Notes: a model not told the origin generated them from the sequence alone. DNA of 64,000 bases from Candidatus Iainarchaeum sp. (GCA_028714535.1 JAQTME010000001.1:1270-65269); one strand, 5' to 3'. Positions 26,135-35,820 are shown, counted from the stretch's first letter. A program made the numbers and translations.

Positions 26135-26634
26135 CGCCTCCCGCCAGAGTAGGCCTCGATTATCTTCTTTATGAGCGACGTGGTGGTTATCTCTGACCCG
26201 GAGTCCTCTATGACCACCTTGCCGCCGTATGAGCGCACGAGCCCGGTCTCGGGCATCCTGTCAGCCTTCCAGTCGCCGCCCTTCACGTGGACGTCTGGCT
26301 GGAGCGCCTCGATAGTCTTTTCAGGGGTGCTTTCCTCGAAAATGACCACGTAATCAACGCACGGGAGCGCGCACAGCATCTCGGCGCGGTATTTCTGCGC
26401 GACGATAGGCCGCAGCGGGCCTTTTATCTTCCTGACGGACTCGTCGGAGTTGATGCCGACTATGAGCACGTCGCCGTGGGACTTGGCCTTGTTCAGGAAG
26501 CGCACGTGGCCCACGTGCATCAGGTCGAACACGCCGTTGGTGAAGACGAACTTCACCTTCTTGTCCTGGTCCCTGAGCTTCTGCCGAATGGATGCAAGCT
26601 TTTCAACCGTGATTAGTTCCCCCATGTCAATCAA
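26131..26634 (-). CDS. D-beta-D-heptose 1-phosphate adenylyltransferase (HldE domain II, stand-alone)
   Basis: FTNGVFDLMHVGHVRFLNKAKSHGDVLIVGINSD...VKGGDWK matches the RfaE/HldE C-terminal cytidylyltransferase-like domain. Confidence 0.85.
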   Translation of the reverse strand: MIDMGELITVEKLASIRQKLRDQDKKVKFVFTNGVFDLMHVGHVRFLNKAKSHGDVLIVGINSDESVRKIKGPLRPIVAQKYRAEMLCALPCVDYVVIFEESTPEKTIEALQPDVHVKGGDWKADRMPETGLVRSYGGKVVIEDSGSEITTTSLIKKIIEAYSGGRR

Positions 26635-27565
26635 GCCCCGGCAGCTCGGCCAGTGTTATCGCCGGATGCGGCTTTGCGATGGCCTTCGCGCAGCCGGCGT
26701 TGGCGAGCTTCACCGCATCGTCCATGCTTTTCCCCGATGCCAGCGCAAGCGTGAATATCGCGACGAAGATGTCGCCGGCGCCGGAGACGTTGACCACTTC
26801 TTTAGCCATGGACGGCCAGGTGCGGAACGCATTGGCTTTCGCATCTGCTATTGATGCGCCCTTCCCGCTCCGTTTCACGACCACCACGCTGCCGCTCGAT
26901 TTGGACAGTGCAAGCGCGCAGGCGCGGACTTCAGCCTCTTCATTTTTCATGCCGTCCTTGCCTGACGCTGCGCCGAGCTCGTGCAGGTTCGGCACGAGTA
27001 TGACGTTGCCGCCCCTGTAGGCGCCGATGTCGCCCTTGGTGTCCACGACGACCTTCTTTCCCTTCGCACGGGCGAATGCGAGCGCGCCTTCAATGAGTTT
27101 TTTGGTTAGCATGCCCTTCGCGTAATCGGAGATGATGATGAAGTCGGCGTCTTTCGCTGCGCTTTCAAGCCTTTCAAGCACCGCGCGCTCGGCAGCCGCG
27201 CTTATGGGCCGGCGCGTTTCGCTGTCAGCGCGCAGGAGCATCTGGAACAGCGGCTTTGTTTTCACGAAGCGCGTTTTCAGCGTGGTTTTCCTGTCCTCTT
27301 CGACCGGAAGGAAGTTTACGCCTGCCTCGGACAGCAGCTTCATGATGCCTGCTGCCGGCACGTCCATGCCGACGACAGAAAGGAAATGGACGTGGACGCC
27401 CAGGCCGGCCAGCGTCGATGCCACTATGCCTGCGCCGCCTGGGAAAAACTCCTCCCTTTCAACGTCAAGCACAGGCACGGGCGCCTCAGGCGACATCCGG
27501 TTCACCGAGCCGTAAACGTAATGGTCGAGCATCACGTCGCCGATGACAAGTATTTTCTTTGGCAT
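26627..27565 (-). CDS. D-beta-D-heptose 7-phosphate kinase (HldE domain I, stand-alone ribokinase-fold)
   Basis: ILVIGDVMLDHYVYGSVNRMSPEAPVPVL matches the HldE N-terminus, and a C-terminal GAGD motif is present. Confidence 0.85.
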   Translation of the reverse strand: MPKKILVIGDVMLDHYVYGSVNRMSPEAPVPVLDVEREEFFPGGAGIVASTLAGLGVHVHFLSVVGMDVPAAGIMKLLSEAGVNFLPVEEDRKTTLKTRFVKTKPLFQMLLRADSETRRPISAAAERAVLERLESAAKDADFIIISDYAKGMLTKKLIEGALAFARAKGKKVVVDTKGDIGAYRGGNVILVPNLHELGAASGKDGMKNEEAEVRACALALSKSSGSVVVVKRSGKGASIADAKANAFRTWPSMAKEVVNVSGAGDIFVAIFTLALASGKSMDDAVKLANAGCAKAIAKPHPAITLAELPGLD

Positions 27566-27572
27566 AGAACCG

Positions 27573-28163
27573 CTACCCGCTCCTGTGTGGCACTGGCCTG
27601 ATGGAGAACGCGTCGTCCACCAGCCCGCAGATGCAGTGGATTATGAGTATGTGCATCTCCTGTATCGTGGGCGTGCTGTCCGAGGCGACCACGAGCGATT
27701 TGTCGCACATCGGCTTCAGCCTTCCGCCGCCCTTGCCGAGCAGCGCGACCGTCTGGATGCCGATTGCCCTGGCTGCCTTCGCGGCCTCCAGCAGGTTCTC
27801 TGAGTCGCCGCTGGTGCTCAGGAGCACGAGCACGTCGCCCCTTTTCCCGAGCGCCTCGACCTGGCGCGCGAACACGCGCCCGAAGCCGTAGTCGTTTGAA
27901 ATCGCAGTGAGCGCGGATGTATCAGTCGTGAGCGCGATGCCGGGCAGCGCCTTCCTCTCCTTGATGTACCTGCCGCTGAGCTCTGCTGCGAAATGCTGGG
28001 CGTCGGCGGCGCTGCCGCCGTTGCCGCAGATGAGGACCTTGCCGCCTGCCTTGAGGGAAGCCAGGATTGGCGATGCCAATGCCTCTATGTCTGCCGCCTT
28101 GAGGCCCTGGCAGACTTTCGCATGCTCCAACAGCAAATCGGACGGTTTCATCACTCCCATCAT
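27573..28163 (-). CDS. gmhA: phosphoheptose (sedoheptulose-7-phosphate) isomerase, SIS domain
   Basis: [17 protein letters not shown] motif. Confidence 0.85.
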   Translation of the reverse strand: MMGVMKPSDLLLEHAKVCQGLKAADIEALASPILASLKAGGKVLICGNGGSAADAQHFAAELSGRYIKERKALPGIALTTDTSALTAISNDYGFGRVFARQVEALGKRGDVLVLLSTSGDSENLLEAAKAARAIGIQTVALLGKGGGRLKPMCDKSLVVASDSTPTIQEMHILIIHCICGLVDDAFSIRPVPHRSG

Positions 28164-28219
28164 ATCGGGGACGGTTTTTATTCTTTTTTATCCCTAATAG
28201 GATATCTTCTGGTGTGTTT

Positions 28220-29206
28220 ATGGATGACGTTTTAGACGGCAAAGTGGTCCTGGTGACCGGTGGCACCGGCTCATTCGGCACGAAGTTCGCCGAGGTCCTG
28301 CTCAAGAGCCACAATCCCAAGTCCATAAGGGTCTATTCAAGGGGCGAGCTCAAGCAGGTCGAGATGGAGCGCAAGCTGGGCCAGCCGAAGGTCCGCTTCC
28401 TCGTCGGCGACGTGCGCGACAGGGAGCGGTTGTACCGCGCCATGAACGGCGTGGACATAGTGGTCCACGCGGCGGCGCTCAAGCACGTTCCGGTATGCGA
28501 GTACAATCCCATGGAGGCGGTGAAGACCAACGTCCATGGCGCGGAGAACGTCATCGACGCGGCCATAGACAACGGCGTGGAGAAGGTCATAGCGCTGAGC
28601 ACCGATAAGGCGGTCCAGCCGGTCAACCTTTATGGCGCTACGAAGCTCGTCGCTGAGAAGATGTTCGTCCAGGCGAATGCGTACGTGGGCATGAGGAAGA
28701 CGAGGTTCAGTTGCGTGCGCTACGGCAACGTCATCGGCAGCAGCGGCAGCGTGGTCCCGCTTTTCGCAAAGCAGAAGGAGAAGGGCGAGGTCACCATAAC
28801 CGACGAGCGCATGACAAGGTTCTGGATAACGCTTGAGGAAGGCGTGGCGCTGGTCCTCAAGTCCATAGAGCTCATGAAGGGTGGCGAGATATTCGTGCCG
28901 AGGATACCGAGCACTAAAATCACTGAGCTGGCGGACGTGATGGCGCCCGGCGCGAAAAAGAAGGTCATAGGCATAAGGCCTGGCGAGAAGCTCCACGAGG
29001 TGCTCATAACCCAGGACGAGGCACGCCACGCGAAGAAGGTGGATGGGACATTCATAATCGAGCCCGAGCATGCGTTCTGGGACGTGAAGAACCATGTGAA
29101 GGGGGTGCCGCTGCCCGAGGGATTCTCATATTCAAGCGACAACAACGACTGGTGGCTGGCCAAAGACGAATTGAAGAAGGTCCTCAAGAAAGAGGGGTGG
29201 CTCTAA
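28220..29206 (+). CDS. pseB: UDP-N-acetylglucosamine 4,6-dehydratase (inverting), PseB/FlmA/CapD-like
   Basis: VLVTGGTGSFG and the YGATK catalytic motif. I chose the ATG at 28220; the track lists a GTG at 28214. Confidence 0.8.
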   Translation: MDDVLDGKVVLVTGGTGSFGTKFAEVLLKSHNPKSIRVYSRGELKQVEMERKLGQPKVRFLVGDVRDRERLYRAMNGVDIVVHAAALKHVPVCEYNPMEAVKTNVHGAENVIDAAIDNGVEKVIALSTDKAVQPVNLYGATKLVAEKMFVQANAYVGMRKTRFSCVRYGNVIGSSGSVVPLFAKQKEKGEVTITDERMTRFWITLEEGVALVLKSIELMKGGEIFVPRIPSTKITELADVMAPGAKKKVIGIRPGEKLHEVLITQDEARHAKKVDGTFIIEPEHAFWDVKNHVKGVPLPEGFSYSSDNNDWWLAKDELKKVLKKEGWL

Positions 29207-29253
29207 CGGCTGACGGAGGCCGCCTTGCGGCCGAACGTCCTCGTGGTGGTTAT

Positions 29254-30414
29254 ATGGAGGAGAAGAAAGGCGTGAAGCAGCTTCCGTATGGCCGCCAGTT
29301 CATAGACGATGACGACATCAACGCGGTCATAGCAACCCTGAAAAGCGACTGGCTCACGACCGGTCCGAAGGTGGATGAGTTCGAGAAGGCGATATGCGAT
29401 TATACAGGGGCGAAATACGCGGTGGCGGTGAATTCAGGCACGAGCGCGCTTGACATCGCAGTGGCCGCGTTCGGCCTGCCTGCTGGAAGCGAAATCATAA
29501 CGACGCCGTTCTCATTCGCCGCATCGGCGAACTGCATCGCGTACAACGGCTGCAGGCCGGTTTTCGCGGACATCGACCCGAAAACCTACAATATAGACCC
29601 GGAGCAGGTGCGGAAAAAGATAACGAAGAAAACAAAGGCGATAATCTACGTCGATTACGCAGGCCAGCCCTGCGACATAAAGGCGCTGCAGGAGATAGCA
29701 GAAGAAAAAAACCTGTTCCTGATTGAGGACGCTGCGCACGCGCTTGGCGCGAAATACAATGGCAAAAAAATCGGCACGTTCGCCCATATGACCGAGTTCT
29801 CGTTCCATCCTGTCAAGCACATAACTACCGGCGAGGGCGGCGCGATAACAACGGACGACGGCGCACTGGCCGACAAGCTGCGCATGCTGCGCAACCACGG
29901 CCTGGACAAAAGCGCGCGGGAGCGGTTCGGGCCCGACGCGGGCTACGCATACGACATGAGGATGCTCGGGCGCAACTATCGCATAACGGACATGCAGTGC
30001 GCGCTCGGGATATCGCAGATGAAAAAGCTCGACAGGTTCATAAAAGGCAGGAGGGAGCTCGTTGCGGCATACGGCAGGGAACTCGCAACCCTGCCGCTGG
30101 CCATGCCATACGTCGCGCCGAACGTGGAAAGCGCCTGGCACCTGTATACGGTCCAGCTCGGCAGGGGCATAAGCAGGGATAAGGTGTTCGCGGCCATGCG
30201 CAAGAGAGGCGTAGGCGTCAACGTCCACTACATACCCACTTACAAATTCACATACTACAAGAAGAATTTCCCGGCTAACGATTCGGACTATCCAGCTACT
30301 GAGGACGTGTTCTCGCACATACTCACCCTCCCGCTTTTCTACGGCATGAAGGAGGCAGACGTGCAGTGGGTGGCGAAGGAGCTCAGCGAAAGCATCAGGG
30401 AGGCAGGGCAATGA
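29254..30414 (+). CDS. pseC: DegT/DnrJ/EryC1-family PLP aminotransferase (PseC-like)
   Basis: Pyridoxal-lysine context FSFHPVKHITTGEGG. I chose the ATG at 29254, downstream of the pseB stop. Confidence 0.8.
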   Translation: MEEKKGVKQLPYGRQFIDDDDINAVIATLKSDWLTTGPKVDEFEKAICDYTGAKYAVAVNSGTSALDIAVAAFGLPAGSEIITTPFSFAASANCIAYNGCRPVFADIDPKTYNIDPEQVRKKITKKTKAIIYVDYAGQPCDIKALQEIAEEKNLFLIEDAAHALGAKYNGKKIGTFAHMTEFSFHPVKHITTGEGGAITTDDGALADKLRMLRNHGLDKSARERFGPDAGYAYDMRMLGRNYRITDMQCALGISQMKKLDRFIKGRRELVAAYGRELATLPLAMPYVAPNVESAWHLYTVQLGRGISRDKVFAAMRKRGVGVNVHYIPTYKFTYYKKNFPANDSDYPATEDVFSHILTLPLFYGMKEADVQWVAKELSESIREAGQ

Positions 30415-31457
30415 GAACGGTTTCCATCGGCGGCAGGAAGGTCGGCGGCGACGCGCCGTGCCTCATCGTGGCGGAAATCTCATGCAACCACCTGCAGAAG
30501 AAGGAATACGCGCTCAGGCTCATAGACGAGGCGAAAAAGGCAGGTGCGGACGCGGTCAAGTTCCAGACCTACACGCCTGACACGATAACAATGAAATCGG
30601 ACAACGAATACTTCAGGATAAAGGGCACATTGTGGGCAGGAAAAACTCTCTATGACCTTTATCAGGAGGCGTACACGCCCTGGGACTGGTTTCCTGAGCT
30701 GAAGAAAAGGGCTGAAAAGCAGGGGCTCGTTTTCTTCTCATCGCCGTTTGACGAGAGCGCGGTCGATTTCCTTGAGAAGCTGGGCGTCCCTGCGTACAAG
30801 ATCGCCTCGTTCGAGATCAACCACATCCCGCTGCTGAAATACGTGGCCGCGAAAAAGAAGCCGGTCATCATATCGAGCGGCGTCGCTACACTGGAAGACC
30901 TGGAACTGGCCGTGAAGACCATCCGCGGCCAGGGCAACGATGAGATAATAATCCTTAAATGCACCAGTGCATACCCTGCGCCGCCCAACGAGATGAACCT
31001 GCGGACCATACCTGACATCGCCGAGCGGTTCGGCGTGGTGGCAGGGCTCTCTGACCACTCCACGGGCATCGCCGCGCCTGCCGCGGCCGTCGCGCTGGGC
31101 GCGAAACTGATAGAGAAGCACATCACGCTTGACAGGAAGCTTGGCGGGCCGGACGCCGAGTTCTCGCTGGAGCCCGCGGAGTTCGCAGCCATGGTAACGG
31201 CGGTCAGGGAAACCGAGCAGGCGCTGGGAAAAGTGACATACGAGGCCGGGAAGAAGACGAAGGAGCACCTGTTCGCCATGCGTTCCATCTTCGTGACCGA
31301 GGACATACCAAAGGGCGAGGCGCTCACCAGGAATAACGTACGGGTGATACGGCCCGGCTATGGCCTCCATCCGAAGCACTACGAAGAGGTTCTCGGCAGG
31401 AAGGCGAAGAAAGCGCTCAAGAAAGGCACTCCGCTTGGCCTGGACATGATAGAATAG
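30411..31457 (+). CDS. pseI: nonulosonic acid synthase (NeuB/PseI family)
   Basis: TIM-barrel NeuB signatures (GADAVKFQT and HITLD). Its start overlaps the pseC stop (ATGA). Confidence 0.8.
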   Translation: MRTVSIGGRKVGGDAPCLIVAEISCNHLQKKEYALRLIDEAKKAGADAVKFQTYTPDTITMKSDNEYFRIKGTLWAGKTLYDLYQEAYTPWDWFPELKKRAEKQGLVFFSSPFDESAVDFLEKLGVPAYKIASFEINHIPLLKYVAAKKKPVIISSGVATLEDLELAVKTIRGQGNDEIIILKCTSAYPAPPNEMNLRTIPDIAERFGVVAGLSDHSTGIAAPAAAVALGAKLIEKHITLDRKLGGPDAEFSLEPAEFAAMVTAVRETEQALGKVTYEAGKKTKEHLFAMRSIFVTEDIPKGEALTRNNVRVIRPGYGLHPKHYEEVLGRKAKKALKKGTPLGLDMIE

Positions 31458-31467
31458 GGTCGGTTTC

Positions 31468-31899
31468 ATGGACATCACGCTGAGGCCCGTGGAAAAGGGC
31501 GACATAGGGAAGATATTCGAATGGCGGAACCACCCTGCGGTGAGGAAGAACATGTTCAGCACCGCACCCATAACGAAAGAGGAGAACGCCGCATTCTGGG
31601 AGAAACGGCTCGCTGACCGGTCTGCGTTCTCGTTCATCGTAAGCGCAGGCGGCGCTGATGCGGGCATGGTCAGGCTGGACAGGCGGGAGGGCTCCTACGA
31701 GGTTGGCGTGCTCATAGACCCGAAGATGCAGGGGAAGGGGATTGGCAGCGGTGCACTGGCGCTCACAATCATACTGGCAAGGGGGAATGGCATGAAGAAG
31801 CTGACCGCCAGGATAAAAGAGGGGAACGAGGCGTCCATGCAGGCGTTCGAGAAAAACGGGTTCGTGAAGAAAGGCCAGCACTACGAGCTTGACCTGTAG
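31468..31899 (+). CDS. pseH: GNAT N-acetyltransferase (PseH-like)
   Basis: GNAT motif QGKGIGSGAL. It sits immediately after pseI. Confidence 0.5.
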   Translation: MDITLRPVEKGDIGKIFEWRNHPAVRKNMFSTAPITKEENAAFWEKRLADRSAFSFIVSAGGADAGMVRLDRREGSYEVGVLIDPKMQGKGIGSGALALTIILARGNGMKKLTARIKEGNEASMQAFEKNGFVKKGQHYELDL

Positions 31900-32666
31900 C
31901 GCTGCAGGAATCCCATCGTGTCGAAATGATACCAGAGATAGCGCAGGATTTTGCCCAGCGGCGGCTTCTTTATCCATCTGTCCTCGATAGGGGAAAGCTT
32001 CACGGCCGCCATCTTCTCGCCTGATTTTCTTGCGAGCGCGAGCAATGCCACGTCCATGGTCACCATGTCCTTTTTCGTCTTGTGCCTGAAGCCGGCCATC
32101 TCGGCCTCAAGTCGCGGCAGGAGCTTCCTGAGAAGGCCTGCCCGCACAGCGTGGAAGCCAGGGCAGAACTGAGGCATCGCAACGCCTGCGAACGCCCTTC
32201 CTTCGGCTTTTCCGGCCAATTCGTTGAACAGCCGGAAAATGAGGCCGTTGCGGTTGTCATACTCTATATAGCCCACTGAAATCCTGGCCTTGCCTGCCAC
32301 GAGCGGGCCTATCACCCTTTCTAGGTCCTCGGGCTGGTGCTCAAGGTCAGCGTCCATGCGGATTAGTATCGCATCCTCGTCGCCGGCTGCGCGCAGGGCA
32401 GAGTGCATGCCGTCCAGGAGCGCGGTGACCACGCCCTCGTTGTTTTTCTTGTGCACGACGCGCAGGAAAGGCGTCTTGCGGGCTTCTGCGTCCAAGAGCG
32501 CGGCGGTGCCATCTGTGCTGCCATCCTCCATCATGATGAACTGGTCGATGGTGATGCCCTTTTTGGCGAGGCCGGCTGCTGCCTGCCTCACTCTGGAGAA
32601 CAGCTCCGGGACAGATGAGGCGGCATTGTAGGCCGGTGAGTAGATTATAAGTCGGCATTTCCCCAT
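31881..32666 (-). CDS. family 2 glycosyltransferase
   Basis: GT2 fold with a DxD-type motif (IRMDADLEH). The real start is an internal Met; the upstream part of the listed ORF is noise. Confidence 0.7.
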   Translation of the reverse strand: MGKCRLIIYSPAYNAASSVPELFSRVRQAAAGLAKKGITIDQFIMMEDGSTDGTAALLDAEARKTPFLRVVHKKNNEGVVTALLDGMHSALRAAGDEDAILIRMDADLEHQPEDLERVIGPLVAGKARISVGYIEYDNRNGLIFRLFNELAGKAEGRAFAGVAMPQFCPGFHAVRAGLLRKLLPRLEAEMAGFRHKTKKDMVTMDVALLALARKSGEKMAAVKLSPIEDRWIKKPPLGKILRYLWYHFDTMGFLQRYRSSS

Positions 32667-32732
32667 GGATAACGCTCGGGAGAAAAATTTATAACACCGG
32701 ACAGGCAAAGGGATAGTACTTCTGGTGTGCAA

Positions 32733-33743
32733 ATGGATTTGCTCGTTATAGGCTGCGGCTCGATAGGCAGGAGGCATATCAAGAACCTGCTGGGGCTGGG
32801 CCACAAGGTCACTGCCACGGACGTCAGTGCCGATAGCAGGAAGGCTGCAGGGGCTGCGCTGGGCGTTGCTGTCGTGGAAACCACAGAGGCAGGGCTCGCG
32901 CTTAAGCCGCAGGCCGTGCTCGTCTGCACCCCGCCAAGCACGCATCTTGAGCTTGCTGCCAAGGCGATAAACGCAGGCGCGCACGTGTTCATAGAAAAGC
33001 CGGTCTCTGACACGCCCGACGGCATAGGCAGCCTGGAAAAACTGGCCGCCGGGAAGGGGAAGATGGTGCAGGTCGGCTACAATCTCAGGTACATACCTGC
33101 GCTTGCGAAGCTCAAGCAGGTGCTGGGCGCAGGAACGTATGGGAAGGCACTGTCTGCGCGCGTCATATTCGCGCAATACCTGCCCTACTGGAGGCCCGGC
33201 ACCGATTACAGGCAGGGCTACACGGGCAAGAAGAAGTTCGGCGGCGGCATAATACTTGAGGCGTCGCACGAGCTTGATTACATCTGCTGGCTCCTTGGAA
33301 AGCCTGTGAAGCTGTCGTGCGCAGCCAGGAAGGTCAGCTCGCTTGATGTCGACACAGAGGACACGGCCGACGTGCTTGTCGATTTTGAAGGCGGTGCGCT
33401 GGCGAACGTGCACCTGGATTTCGTGCGCCAGGAATACGAGCGCGGCTGCGAGATAGAATGCGAAAAGGCCACGCTCGTATGGAAGCTGGGGTGGCGCTCC
33501 GGAAGGAGCACGCTCGAGGCGCGCAGCTTCAATCCTGCGCATCCTGAAGCCATAAAATCAGAGACGCTGCTCGACGTACCCTGGGACACCAATGACATGT
33601 ATGTTGAAGAGATGAAATCCTTCATCAGCGCCATAGGCGCGGGCAGGAAGCCGTCGCCCGGCCTGCAGGAAGGCGGGCTTGCGCTCAGGCTCGCGCTGAA
33701 GGCGCTCGAATCCTCTGAAAAGGGCAAGGCGGTGAAGGTATGA
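32733..33743 (+). CDS. Gfo/Idh/MocA-family NAD(P)-dependent oxidoreductase
   Basis: N-terminal Rossmann VIGCGSIGRRH. I chose the ATG at 32733; the track lists a GTG at 32727. Confidence 0.75.
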   Translation: MDLLVIGCGSIGRRHIKNLLGLGHKVTATDVSADSRKAAGAALGVAVVETTEAGLALKPQAVLVCTPPSTHLELAAKAINAGAHVFIEKPVSDTPDGIGSLEKLAAGKGKMVQVGYNLRYIPALAKLKQVLGAGTYGKALSARVIFAQYLPYWRPGTDYRQGYTGKKKFGGGIILEASHELDYICWLLGKPVKLSCAARKVSSLDVDTEDTADVLVDFEGGALANVHLDFVRQEYERGCEIECEKATLVWKLGWRSGRSTLEARSFNPAHPEAIKSETLLDVPWDTNDMYVEEMKSFISAIGAGRKPSPGLQEGGLALRLALKALESSEKGKAVKV

Positions 33744-34507
33744 TAACCGCCATACTCCAGGCGCGCATGGGCTCCACAAGGCTCCCTGGAAAAAGCGCAA
33801 GGGAGATAGCCGGCAGGCCGATGCTGTGGCACGTCCTCCAGCAGCTGAAGAGGTCCATGATGGTGGAAACCATAGTGGTCGCCACGACAACCAACGCGGC
33901 GGATGACGAGATAGAGAAGCTGGCAAATGCCAGCGGGGTGAAATGCTTCAGGGGGAGCGAGGAGGACGTGCTTGGGCGCTACATAGGCGCGGTGCAGAAA
34001 TTCGGCGGCGACATAGTCGTCCGCGTGACAGCCGACTGCCCGCTGATGGACGCCGGGGTCATAGACAGGGTGATAGCCGATTTCAAGAAGGGGGGCGCTG
34101 ACTACGTGTCCAACGTGCATCCGCCGACATTCCCGGACGGGCTCGATGTCGAGGTGTTCTCGCGGGACGCGCTCATGCGCGCCGGGCTCGAGGCGAAACT
34201 GGGGTCAGAGCGCGAGCATGTCACACCGTACATCTGGAAAAACACTGGATTGTTCAGGCAGAGGAACGTGGCCAACGGCAAGGACCTTTCAGCGCTGAGA
34301 TGGACCGTGGACACGCCGGAAGGCCTGGAATTCGTTGAGTCTGCTTACCGCGCCCTGGGCAAAAAAGGCTCGGCGCACAGCTTCGGCATGCAGGACGTGC
34401 TTGAGGTGCTGGCCAAAAACCCGAAAATCGCTGAAATAAACAAGAAATCAGGCAGAAATGAAGGCTATGCCAAGTCGCTGAAGGAAGACAAGGAGGAAGG
34501 AGCATGA
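33740..34507 (+). CDS. pseF: acylneuraminate cytidylyltransferase-family CMP-nonulosonate synthetase (PseF/NeuA-like)
   Basis: MITAILQARMGSTRLPGK N-terminal motif. It overlaps the upstream stop (ATGA). Confidence 0.75.
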   Translation: MITAILQARMGSTRLPGKSAREIAGRPMLWHVLQQLKRSMMVETIVVATTTNAADDEIEKLANASGVKCFRGSEEDVLGRYIGAVQKFGGDIVVRVTADCPLMDAGVIDRVIADFKKGGADYVSNVHPPTFPDGLDVEVFSRDALMRAGLEAKLGSEREHVTPYIWKNTGLFRQRNVANGKDLSALRWTVDTPEGLEFVESAYRALGKKGSAHSFGMQDVLEVLAKNPKIAEINKKSGRNEGYAKSLKEDKEEGA

Positions 34508-35820
34508 ACAAGGGAGTGGAACTGTGGAACAGGGCGAAGAAGATCATGCCGGGCGGCAGCCAGCTGCTTTCAAAGCGCTCGGAGATGCTGCTTCCGGGCC
34601 AATGGCCGTCTTACTATTCCAGGGCCAAGGGCATAGAGGTCTGGGGCGTCGACGGGAAGAGATACACTGACATGACGACCATGAGCGTTGGCGCATGCAT
34701 ACTTGGCTATGCGGACGACGATGTCAACGCGGCTGTCATCAACGCGGTCAGGAACGGCAGCATATCCACGCTGAACTGCCCTGAGGAAGTTGAACTCGCT
34801 GAGAAACTGCTGAAGATTAATCCATGGGCCGGAGGCGTGAGATACGCACGCACCGCTGGCGAGGCGCTCACGGTCGCTGTGAGGATCGCGAGGGCGCACA
34901 CGAAAAAGGACAAGGTCGCTTTTTGCGGCTATCACGGCTGGCACGACTGGTATCTTGCAGCCAACCTCGCGGACGAGAAGGGCCTGGACGGCCACCTGCT
35001 GCCCGGGCTGCACCCGCTCGGCGTGCCGCGCGGCCTGAAAGGGACGTCGATACCTTTCGAATACGACAAGGCAGAACAATTGGAAGCGATAATGCAGAAG
35101 AACAAGGACGTGGGGACCATAGTCCTAGAGCCAATGCGCCACAATTTCCCGAAAAAAGGCTTCGTTGAGAAGGTCCAGAAGATAGCCGCTGACAATGGCG
35201 CTGTCCTGCTCATCGATGAGGTCACATCAGGCTGGAGGATGAGGGTGGGCGGCGTCTACGAGCTGGTCGGGATAACGCCTGACCTAGCGGTATACGGCAA
35301 GGCCATGAGCAATGGCTACCCGATGGCTGCCATTGTCGGCAAGGCAGAGGTCATGGACGCGGCGCAGGTGTCCTTCATAAGCAGCACGTACTGGACAGAG
35401 CGCGTCGGGCCGACCGCAGCGCTAGCCACCATAGCCAAGCTGGAGAAGGAGAACGTGCCCGCACACCTGCGCAGGATAGGCAGGAAGATAGGCGACGGCT
35501 GGGCAAGGCTGGCGAAGGAGAAGGAGCTTGACATAGAGGTGCTGTTCGACTTCGAACCGCTCATCACGTTCAACCTGGACTACAAGGAGAAATCCCAGGC
35601 GATATCAACACTCTTCACCCAGGAGATGCTTGAACGCGGATACCTGGCGTCAAAGAGTGTCTATGTGTCATACAGCCACAAGGACGCTGACGTGGAGAAG
35701 TACCTTGGGCATGCGGGCGAAGTGTTCGGCATCCTGAAAAAGGCCATAGACGAAAATAGCGTGGAAAAAAGGCTGAAGGGACCTGTGGCGCACGTGGGCT
35801 TCAAAAGGCTTACGGCGTGA
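34504..35820 (+). CDS. class III PLP aminotransferase (glutamate-1-semialdehyde aminomutase-like)
   Basis: Full-length HemL-like fold. It overlaps the pseF stop (ATGA). Confidence 0.75.
   Translation: MNKGVELWNRAKKIMPGGSQLLSKRSEMLLPGQWPSYYSRAKGIEVWGVDGKRYTDMTTMSVGACILGYADDDVNAAVINAVRNGSISTLNCPEEVELAEKLLKINPWAGGVRYARTAGEALTVAVRIARAHTKKDKVAFCGYHGWHDWYLAANLADEKGLDGHLLPGLHPLGVPRGLKGTSIPFEYDKAEQLEAIMQKNKDVGTIVLEPMRHNFPKKGFVEKVQKIAADNGAVLLIDEVTSGWRMRVGGVYELVGITPDLAVYGKAMSNGYPMAAIVGKAEVMDAAQVSFISSTYWTERVGPTAALATIAKLEKENVPAHLRRIGRKIGDGWARLAKEKELDIEVLFDFEPLITFNLDYKEKSQAISTLFTQEMLERGYLASKSVYVSYSHKDADVEKYLGHAGEVFGILKKAIDENSVEKRLKGPVAHVGFKRLTA

Noticed and set aside
28337-31667. Long antisense ORFs (28337..29095, 29512..30411, 30738..31667) opposite pseB, pseC and pseI
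   Set aside because: These are shadow ORFs opposite genes with strong homology. Their translations have no motifs.
33278-34120. 280-aa minus-strand ORF opposite the oxidoreductase and pseF
   Set aside because: Antisense shadow ORF.
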